Shown here in pieces: positions 7,101 through 13,770 of a stretch of DNA of 13,770 nt. Where the stretch lies: contig JBHLMQ010000070.1 in NCBI GenBank assembly GCA_048938005.1, forward strand, positions 1 through 13,770. The letters are read 5' to 3'. The translations under genes and the position numbers were made by a program. Below the pieces are notes generated by a model. That model saw only the letters and a program-made list of their open reading frames with translations, made no database searches and was not told where the DNA came from. This DNA is from Promethearchaeota archaeon (GTDB lineage: Archaea > Asgardarchaeota > Lokiarchaeia > Sigyniarchaeales > SOKP01). Each line of letters starts with the position of its first letter. Position 1 is the stretch's first letter.

Positions 7101-8795
7101 TTATTCTTCTTTTGTTGCCCTTTCTCTTAATTTCCTTCGAAAAATCTTACCTACTGTTGTCCGTGGTAGTATATTTACGAATTCTACTTGCCGTGGATAT
7201 TTATAAGCAGCCATTTTTTCTTTTGACCATTCAATAATATCACGTTCACTAATTTTTCCTTTATATTCTGGTTTAAGAGCAATATATGCTTTAATAGTTT
7301 CCCCAATATTAGGATCAGGCGCTGAAACTACTCCTGCTTCTAAAACTGCTGGATGCTCATATAATTTTTCTTCGACTTCTTTTGGCATTACTTTATATCC
7401 CTTATACTTTATTATATCTTTTGTACGTCCTTCAATATAGAAGTATCCATCTTCCTCCATACGCGCTAAATCACCTGTTCTAAGCCAATCACCAACAAAA
7501 GTTTCTGCAGTTGCTTTTGGTCTTTTCCAATACCCTTTCATTACTTGAGGACCCTTAATTAACAATTCTCCTACTTTTCCTGTGGGAAGCTCTTCTAACG
7601 TATCTGGATTCACGATTTTCGCATCTGTATCTATAATAGGAATACCAATACTTGCTGGTTTTATCTCAGGTAACCAATTTGGTTGGTTATGTGTGATTGG
7701 TGATGTCTCAGTTAGCCCATATCCTTGACCAACCTTAAATCCAACAACATCTTCCCATTTTTTATTTAACTCAGGAGGTAATGCTGCTGAACCGGAGGTC
7801 GCGGATTCAAGACTTGAAAGATCTCGCTCCGTAAAATCAGGGGAATTAACTAACATTTGAAACATAACAGGTACTCCTACAAAAGTGATACATTTATAAT
7901 ATTCAATTGCTTCTAAAACTTCAGAGGGATTAAATGATTCAAATATTAGTAACATTGATGCAAGCACTGAAGATATAATTAAGATTTGAAAGCCAAAAGA
8001 ATGGCATATGGGAAGAACAGTTAAACTCACTCCTACACCATATATTTCTTCATCATCCCTTTCGGGATCTCGCAAGCCATTCAAAGTTGATAGAGCATTA
8101 GCTACTAAATTATTATGTGTTAACATCACACCTTTAGGCAAACCTGTAGTACCACCTGTATATAGTAAAGCAGCGATGTCATTAGTGGGATCAATATCAA
8201 CTTCGGGAGGTTTAGGTGCTTTTCCATCAATAAATTCTTCTAAAGTAATTGTTTCTGGTTTTGCCTCTTCAGCTTGAAGTAAAATCACATTTTTCAATTC
8301 AATTTCTATTCTAACCTTCTTAAGAGTCCTAAAATTATTTTTATGTACAAATACAGTATTAATATTACCCGCATCTCTAATAATATGGGCAACATCAGCC
8401 TCTTTGAGAAGTGGATTTATTGGAACAACAGCTGCGCCAGTTTCCATAATCCCTAAACAACAAAATAAAAACTCTGGGCAATTTGCTGTCATAATTCCAA
8501 CAGCGTCCCCTTTTTTTATACCTGCTTCATATAATGCATTAGCTATTCTATCTGAGATATAGATCATTTCTCGGTAAGTATACTTTTTGTCTGCTGGTTT
8601 ATAATAAACACAGACATTATTAGGATAATTTTCAACGGCATGTTTAATGAATTCATGAACAGGAATCGGTTCGAATTTCACTGACTTTGGAATATAATCT
8701 GGCTTATGTTTTAACCATGGACGATCGAGCTTTTCGAGGTAAGGGGATTCATTCTCATAATCAGGGATTGCCTCCCAATCTGAATAATCTTTCAT
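7101..8795 (-). CDS. Long-chain fatty acid--CoA ligase / acyl-CoA synthetase (ANL superfamily)
   Basis: AMP-binding P-loop 'LLYTGGTTGLPKGVMLTH', 'QGYGLTETSP', 'GELLIKGPQVMKGYW', 'WLRTGDL', 'GKIFRR'. FadD-like N-terminal 'RPWLKH.P'. Confidence 0.95.
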   Translation of the reverse strand: MKDYSDWEAIPDYENESPYLEKLDRPWLKHKPDYIPKSVKFEPIPVHEFIKHAVENYPNNVCVYYKPADKKYTYREMIYISDRIANALYEAGIKKGDAVGIMTANCPEFLFCCLGIMETGAAVVPINPLLKEADVAHIIRDAGNINTVFVHKNNFRTLKKVRIEIELKNVILLQAEEAKPETITLEEFIDGKAPKPPEVDIDPTNDIAALLYTGGTTGLPKGVMLTHNNLVANALSTLNGLRDPERDDEEIYGVGVSLTVLPICHSFGFQILIISSVLASMLLIFESFNPSEVLEAIEYYKCITFVGVPVMFQMLVNSPDFTERDLSSLESATSGSAALPPELNKKWEDVVGFKVGQGYGLTETSPITHNQPNWLPEIKPASIGIPIIDTDAKIVNPDTLEELPTGKVGELLIKGPQVMKGYWKRPKATAETFVGDWLRTGDLARMEEDGYFYIEGRTKDIIKYKGYKVMPKEVEEKLYEHPAVLEAGVVSAPDPNIGETIKAYIALKPEYKGKISERDIIEWSKEKMAAYKYPRQVEFVNILPRTTVGKIFRRKLRERATKEE

Positions 8796-8974
8796 TATAA
8801 TTACCTATAATATTCAAATTAATGTTTCTTTTATCTTAAAATTAAATTAATTCTTATAAAGAAAATCAACCCAAATATTTAAAAGTCTTTAATTAAAAAG
8901 GAGATGTAAATGTAAAAAAAAAAGAAAATATAAATTAGAAAATAATTATAAAATTTAACAATTGGAGAAAAGCT

Positions 8975-9874
8975 ATGAAAGTTTTAAAAGATAAAAATTG
9001 CTTCATAACTGGAGCTGCTAAGGGGATAGGACGCTCTTTTGCAATAGCTTTAGCGGAAGAAGGGATGAACCTCTTCATCACAGACATTGATTTAGAAAAT
9101 TTAGAAAAAGTTAAAAATGAAATCGAAAAATTAGGAGTTAAAGTTCATGCAGGTAAGTGTGATGTGTCTAAATTTGAAGATTTCGTAAATGTTGCCAAGG
9201 AGTTCTATTCTAAATTAGGAGATGTCGATCTTTTGATAAATAATGCAGGAATATCTATAGCCGGTGCTGTTAATAACTTAGAGTTAGAGGATTGGAAAAA
9301 TGTACTTGATGTAAATTTATGGAGTGTTATTCATTCACTTAAAGCGTTTTTACAGCGCATGCTTGAAAGAGGCTCTGGTCACATTGCTAATGTAGCTTCA
9401 ATAAACGGAATAATTGGTGGTCCAGATCCTATTCCCTATATCACATCAAAATTTGCAGTTGTAGGTCTTTCAGAAGCGCTTTATGGTCAACTTATTAATA
9501 GGGGTATAAATGTCTCAGTAATACTTCCTTCATATATAAGGACTGATATTTATGATAAATCAAAAATAAGATTTCCGAAAAAACTCATAGATGATACTGG
9601 TGAACAAAAATTAGAGGAATTTAGAAAATTGATGGTGCATGGATATAATCGTACAGCTTCATCTCCCGATCGTGTAATTAAAAAATATATTAAGGGAATT
9701 AAAGAGAATCAATTATATATTTTTGATGCTAATTGGGCTCTCTCCGTTATGGCATTAAAGGGAAATTCCCCTCAAAAATATCAGGATTCTTTAAAGAATA
9801 TACACGAGAATTATTTCAACACAATGAAAGAAACCTTCTTAAAAATAGGGATAAATATCGAGGATTATATGTAA
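8975..9874 (+). CDS. Short-chain dehydrogenase/reductase (classical SDR, likely NAD-preferring)
   Basis: 'ITGAAKGIG' (TGxxxGxG), acidic 'TDID' after beta2, 'NNAG', 'NVAS', catalytic 'YITSK'. GGAG upstream of ATG. Confidence 0.95.
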   Translation: MKVLKDKNCFITGAAKGIGRSFAIALAEEGMNLFITDIDLENLEKVKNEIEKLGVKVHAGKCDVSKFEDFVNVAKEFYSKLGDVDLLINNAGISIAGAVNNLELEDWKNVLDVNLWSVIHSLKAFLQRMLERGSGHIANVASINGIIGGPDPIPYITSKFAVVGLSEALYGQLINRGINVSVILPSYIRTDIYDKSKIRFPKKLIDDTGEQKLEEFRKLMVHGYNRTASSPDRVIKKYIKGIKENQLYIFDANWALSVMALKGNSPQKYQDSLKNIHENYFNTMKETFLKIGINIEDYM

Positions 9875-9907
9875 AATAGAAAAAAGAATTTAATTTTAAA
9901 AATTATA

Positions 9908-10714
9908 TTAAATCTCAATATCCCATTTTAGAAATGAATATGGTAGGAATTTTTCTGGTTCTAATTCGGCCACTACAGAACCTTTAAGCATGGAATTGTT
10001 TCCTTTTAAATAAGCTGCTCCCAATATTCTTTCAACTTCTACTTCTCCCCATGGATCATTATCAGATGAGTTCAAAGTTATTTCAACATTTCCTAATTTA
10101 AATTCGGTTGGTCGAAACACTATTTCTTCTCTGATTAAACGAGGATGATAATCAAAAAACTTACCATCCGGAGATGGAAAATGTTTATAATTATAAAAGA
10201 AAAAGGAGAAATCTTTTCTACTACCAGTACCTGTTCGTTCAATAGCTAATTGAAGAAAATCTGAAGAGTTAGGTCTCCCATTTAAATTTGCCTTTACTTC
10301 AAAAAAGCGTGTTCCATGGCGCTCTATCCACCCTTCCACATCTCTCTTTTTGCGATCTAGATGAATATTGGCAATCTTTTTTGGATAGCCAAATACTTCT
10401 CGACCAGCTGCTAGGGCCATATCATTTGTAACTGGCATTGCTAGGCAATAATTTCCTTCTAAACCTTCAAATTCACATGTTAAAAATAATGCACCTTCTT
10501 TATATGTAATACCAAAATTAGTTCTTGGATAATCCGCAACAATAGCAAAGGCAATTGGGGATTCCATGGGTTTAAGAGGTGGTGGAAGTAGTTTTTCAAT
10601 AATTTCTGGTTTCGTTTCCCAATATACTGTTAAAATTTCAGCATCATAGAAATCGAAAGATTCTTTATTAGAAATAAAAACTCCTGAATTTCTTAAAAAA
10701 CTCAATATTTTCAC
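9908..10714 (-). CDS. Acetoacetate decarboxylase-like superfamily (ADC) protein
   Basis: 'LLPPPL.P', 'YKEGAL', 'GREVFGYPKKIA' with the Schiff-base Lys of ADC. The start may instead be TTG at 10705 (MSFLRN...). Confidence 0.88.
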   Translation of the reverse strand: MKILSFLRNSGVFISNKESFDFYDAEILTVYWETKPEIIEKLLPPPLKPMESPIAFAIVADYPRTNFGITYKEGALFLTCEFEGLEGNYCLAMPVTNDMALAAGREVFGYPKKIANIHLDRKKRDVEGWIERHGTRFFEVKANLNGRPNSSDFLQLAIERTGTGSRKDFSFFFYNYKHFPSPDGKFFDYHPRLIREEIVFRPTEFKLGNVEITLNSSDNDPWGEVEVERILGAAYLKGNNSMLKGSVVAELEPEKFLPYSFLKWDIEI

Positions 10715-10779
10715 TTCTTTAATTACTTTTTTAGATTAATAATAATAGAAAAACTCATAATAAAAAATTATCTAATTAC

Positions 10780-12009
10780 TTATAGTAAGGCTTGCTCTAC
10801 TAATTCCATAAGATCAACCATTTTTAGATCTGAATCTAACGCTTTTATTGCATCTAACAAGTTCCTATAGCAAAACGGACAAATACTTACAAGATACTGT
10901 GCTCCTGTTACCTCAGCCTCCTTCACTCTAGATTTCGCAATTTCCAAAGCTAACTCAGGGAATCCTTTTTTAACTCCTCCTCCCGCACCACAACATTTAG
11001 AATTTTCTTTGATCGTTTTCATTTCAATTAAATTTGTGATTTTCTTTAGAATTTCTCTTGGTTCCTCATAGAGAGGATTAATTCCTTCTTTATATCCAGC
11101 ATTTCTTCCTGTATGGCAAGGATCGTGATAGGTTGCGTTGATTCCTAAATCCTTTAGTTGAATGTTTTGTTCATTTATAATTTTATTTATGATTTCAATA
11201 GCGTGAAATACTTCAATACCTAGGTCTTCCATATAATCGATGTAATCAGTTTTCAATGTTCGATAACACCCAGCACAACTGGTTATTACTCTTTTTACTC
11301 CACTTTTTTTAAATAATTCATAATTTTTTATAGCAACAGAATTAAAAGCATTAATATCTCCTGTTCTTTTTGCTACACTTCCACAGCAGACTTCTTGATC
11401 TCCATATACACTAAAATCAATATTTAATTTTTTGAGTACTTTTGCTGTATTTATTGCTACAGTTTGTATTTCTGGAGTTAAAGCTGTAGTGCAACCAATA
11501 AAATAAAGAATATCTGCTTTTTCTTTAGTAGCGTCCTTGATTCTAAACTCCAAATTTTCAATCCAATCCTTTTTTTGTTTATTATCTCTTTCATAAGGAT
11601 TTAGGAGTTCCACCATCGCCTTATTCATAGGGATGTGAGCTTCTAATCCATAACCTATATCCACTAATTCAGTTCTTAAAGCCTCATAAAAAGTAACATT
11701 ATCTATATCATATGCACAGGCTTCTGCGCAAGCGTTGCATGTTGGACATTGAAATATTACTTCTGCCAAATCTTTACTCAATTCTAATTTTCCTTGCCAA
11801 AGTGAACGTATTATTTGCATTTTTCCTCTGCCAAAATAAGCTTCAAACCCAGAAGTATGATCTCTTGCAACGCACACTCCCCATTTTTGAGGATCTGAGG
11901 TATAATCTGTCGCTTCTCTACAATCTCCGCAGCTTATACATTGTAAAAGCATTGGTCCTAATTTTTCTAAATGCTTATATTTTATATTGGGTTTTGTTGA
12001 TGTAACGAT
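10780..12009 (-). CDS. Fe-S oxidoreductase subunit, GlcF/HdrD-like: 2x[4Fe-4S] N-terminal domain + two CCG domains
   Basis: CISCGDC-x15-C and CPTCNACAEAC motifs. CCG domains 'YFIGC...EVCCGS...TSCAGC' and 'YHDPCHTGR...CCGAGGG...ICPFC'. The track starts at ATG 11952, but the frame is open upstream to an ATC at 12009 just after an AGGTGAT Shine-Dalgarno, so the 5' coordinate is uncertain. Confidence 0.9.
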   Translation of the reverse strand: MVTSTKPNIKYKHLEKLGPMLLQCISCGDCREATDYTSDPQKWGVCVARDHTSGFEAYFGRGKMQIIRSLWQGKLELSKDLAEVIFQCPTCNACAEACAYDIDNVTFYEALRTELVDIGYGLEAHIPMNKAMVELLNPYERDNKQKKDWIENLEFRIKDATKEKADILYFIGCTTALTPEIQTVAINTAKVLKKLNIDFSVYGDQEVCCGSVAKRTGDINAFNSVAIKNYELFKKSGVKRVITSCAGCYRTLKTDYIDYMEDLGIEVFHAIEIINKIINEQNIQLKDLGINATYHDPCHTGRNAGYKEGINPLYEEPREILKKITNLIEMKTIKENSKCCGAGGGVKKGFPELALEIAKSRVKEAEVTGAQYLVSICPFCYRNLLDAIKALDSDLKMVDLMELVEQALL

Positions 12010-12012
12010 ATT

Positions 12013-12019
12013 ATCACCT
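12013..12019 (-). promoter_or_regulatory. Strong Shine-Dalgarno AGGTGAT overlapping the upstream stop codon
   Basis: Plus strand ATCACCT at 12013-12019, complementary to the conserved AUCACCU at the 16S rRNA 3' end. It overlaps the TAG (12020-12018) of the FAD oxidase gene. Confidence 0.7.
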
Positions 12020-13547
12020 ATTCCTCATCTTTTATTATATGTTCTGTAATATCATGTTCATAACTATACATATGAAACTTTTTCGGGCTTAAGAGGAAGT
12101 TAGGATCAACTACTTTTTTTATATCCTTAAAGAACTGGATAAATTCAGGTGTATATGCATCAGCTTCTACAATTGATTGTGATATTGCTTCTCCAAGCCA
12201 ATAATGAACACCGCCATATCGTACTTGATGTCTTAATTTTTTATGCCACATTTTCATGGAAGCTTCGCGTTGTTCATCTACATTATCAGCATTAAATCCC
12301 CCTACTATTACACAATTTCCATTGGGTAAGAGGAATATAACTGTCGCAAATAATGAAATACTTTGTGGAGGAAATTCACCCCGATATTTGTTATCAAATA
12401 TCATACTTGATGCTGCTGCTTCAGGTATTGCTGAGATAGGGATTTTATGGCAGGTTGTACAGCTTATTTTTGGAGGTGCGACGGATATATATTTATTAAA
12501 ATAATTATAAGCGTATTTTAAATTAAACTGCCAATCCTTTGATAAAGTCGCGTTTAAATCAATTTCTTGCCATTCAAACGGTCTGGCATCATCTTTCATA
12601 ATTTCATCGACTTGTTCGAGGTAAATATCTAATACACGGTCATCAGTCGCTTCAACTAAAATTGAAAACACAGGTCCTTTCAATCTTGGTCTTTTTAGAG
12701 GTTTATTTTCCACCATTCCTGCTAATAATTGAACTACAATAATCGGAACTACAAGAACGTCGTGTAACCCATCACGCACTTCTTTCCGTAATTTATTCAT
12801 AAGTTCATAAACCTTGTTGTAATCATTTTTATGGAGCATATAATACCTTTGAGCCTTAAATGGAGTAATTGGAAATAATCTTAAGAAAGCTTTAGTCTTA
12901 ATCCCCATTGTGCCAACATCTCCCATAAAAAGGCCTGTGAAATCTGGTGCTGCTCCATATCGGCAGAAAGGTTTAGCATATTTGTTAACAGCAGCTCCAG
13001 TCCTTATAATTGTACCATGAGTGTTTGGTAATACAACCTCAACACCTAAACAGATATCAGGGACAAGTCCATATTTGGTGGACCCAAAACCAGCAGTACT
13101 ATTTGAAAGACCTCCTCCAATTGTTGCTGAAAAACCACTACCAGGTCCCAGAACACCTGTTGTTAATCCTTTGCTATGTAACTCTGAAAGTAGTTGCCCC
13201 CAAGTTATTCCACATCCAACTTCACAATAAAAATCCGATTCATTAATTTCTATAATATTATTCATGCGTGTTAAATCTATTAGAATACCACCTTCCGAAA
13301 CTGAACCCCCTACAAGATCCGCACCCCCACCTCTTGGAACCATATGAATCTTATATTTATTTGCAGTTTTTACAATTTTAGATACTTCTTCAGCACTTTC
13401 TGGCCTTACTATCATATCAGCCCATCGATCGGGGAAGGCAGGATCAACATTTCGAGAATATGCTGCCTTCATGAAATCTTTATCTGTTATAAAATCAGAT
13501 CCCACAATATTTTCAATTTCTTTATAGGCATTTTTAACTTTTAACAT
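12018..13547 (-). CDS. FAD-binding oxidoreductase, VAO/PCMH family (GlcD / D-lactate dehydrogenase / alkyl-DHAP-synthase-like)
   Basis: 'IVRPESAEEVSKIVK.AN...PRGGGADLVGGSV', 'ILIDLTRMN.I', 'ATIGG', 'KYG', 'GLFMGDVGTMGIKTK', and C-terminal 'IKKVVDPNFLLSP'. Adjacent to a GlcF-like partner gene. Confidence 0.92.
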   Translation of the reverse strand: MLKVKNAYKEIENIVGSDFITDKDFMKAAYSRNVDPAFPDRWADMIVRPESAEEVSKIVKTANKYKIHMVPRGGGADLVGGSVSEGGILIDLTRMNNIIEINESDFYCEVGCGITWGQLLSELHSKGLTTGVLGPGSGFSATIGGGLSNSTAGFGSTKYGLVPDICLGVEVVLPNTHGTIIRTGAAVNKYAKPFCRYGAAPDFTGLFMGDVGTMGIKTKAFLRLFPITPFKAQRYYMLHKNDYNKVYELMNKLRKEVRDGLHDVLVVPIIVVQLLAGMVENKPLKRPRLKGPVFSILVEATDDRVLDIYLEQVDEIMKDDARPFEWQEIDLNATLSKDWQFNLKYAYNYFNKYISVAPPKISCTTCHKIPISAIPEAAASSMIFDNKYRGEFPPQSISLFATVIFLLPNGNCVIVGGFNADNVDEQREASMKMWHKKLRHQVRYGGVHYWLGEAISQSIVEADAYTPEFIQFFKDIKKVVDPNFLLSPKKFHMYSYEHDITEHIIKDEE

Positions 13548-13649
13548 AATATCGCTATAATTGTTGAATTTAATAATTATACAATTGTATTTGGAGATTA
13601 AAAAAAGTTTACTTAATGATAAAAACTAAAGAAGGGAAGATTATATTTT

Positions 13650-13663
13650 TGAAAACAAAAAAA
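13650..13663 (-). terminator. Possible oligo-T terminator after the DsrH/TusB-like gene
   Basis: Minus strand reads TTTTTTTGTTTTC immediately after the TAG at 13669-13667. Confidence 0.45.
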
Positions 13664-13666
13664 GTA

Positions 13667-13770
13667 CTACATCCATGATACAATTTGTTCTTTTTCTACC
13701 AAAATATCTACTAATTCATCATATTCAATTCCTTTAATTTGATTTATTAGGTGATTTGGATCAATTCCTC
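13667..13770 (-). CDS. DsrH/TusB (DsrE/F/H-like sulfur relay family) protein, C-terminal part, starts beyond the window's right edge
   Basis: Not in the ORF track. Translation ...(R)GIDPNHLINQIKGIEYDELVDILVEKEQIVSWM* matches the DsrH/TusB C-terminus pattern 'ARGI...i.Y..lVdl......vsW'. Confidence 0.7.
   Translation of the reverse strand, partial: GIDPNHLINQIKGIEYDELVDILVEKEQIVSWM

Noticed and set aside
8008-8277. 89-aa ORF (+)
   Set aside because: Antisense shadow of the conserved AMP-binding region of the acyl-CoA ligase.
10780-12030. Selenocysteine recoding or stop read-through fusion in the Hdr-like Fe-S gene
   Set aside because: All cluster ligands are ordinary Cys codons with no internal TGA. 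The upstream gene ends in TAG in a different frame with a complete C-terminus, and I recognised no SECIS-like hairpin.
12447-12465. CxxCH (CTTCH) as a c-type heme site in the FAD oxidase
   Set aside because: The protein has no signal peptide and appears cytoplasmic, so heme c attachment is unlikely. Kept only as an unusual Cys/His patch.
11712-13544. Small + strand ORFs 11712-12005, 12256-12504, 13010-13246, 13021-13230 and 13344-13544
   Set aside because: All are antisense to the well-supported Fe-S and FAD oxidase genes, with no independent motifs or signals.
1-13770. CRISPR arrays, tRNA/rRNA genes, IS elements or defence systems
   Set aside because: No regularly spaced repeats, GC-rich structured RNA segments, transposase, integrase or nuclease motifs, or terminal inverted repeats were seen. 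The intergenic gaps are short and AT-rich.

Overview
AT-rich, gene-dense archaeal-type window, most consistent with an Asgard archaeon (Lokiarchaeia-like). This assignment is an inference from a longin+roadblock-like protein, GGTGA(T) ribosome-binding motifs, BRE/TATA-like promoters and oligo-T terminators. It holds 11 complete CDSs: HtpX/M48 protease with a long C-terminal extension, longin-roadblock-like fusion, Old Yellow Enzyme-family flavin oxidoreductase with a C-terminal Cys cluster, CDF metal exporter, small 4-TM protein, MFS transporter, long-chain acyl-CoA ligase, SDR, acetoacetate-decarboxylase-family protein, and a FAD-linked oxidase + CCG-domain Fe-S protein pair. Two partial genes at the edges are missing from the ORF track: an FAD-dependent GGR-like N-terminus and a DsrH/TusB-like C-terminus. 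Reading outside the ORF track also shows a decayed ferredoxin-like remnant at 2924-3028, a probable non-canonical (ATC) start for the Fe-S gene, an HxxxH/HxxxD metal site in the CDF, and a FAD oxidase lacking the canonical GlcD/D-LDH catalytic His motifs. I saw no mobile element, CRISPR array or RNA gene, and no clearly new multi-gene system is proven by the sequence.
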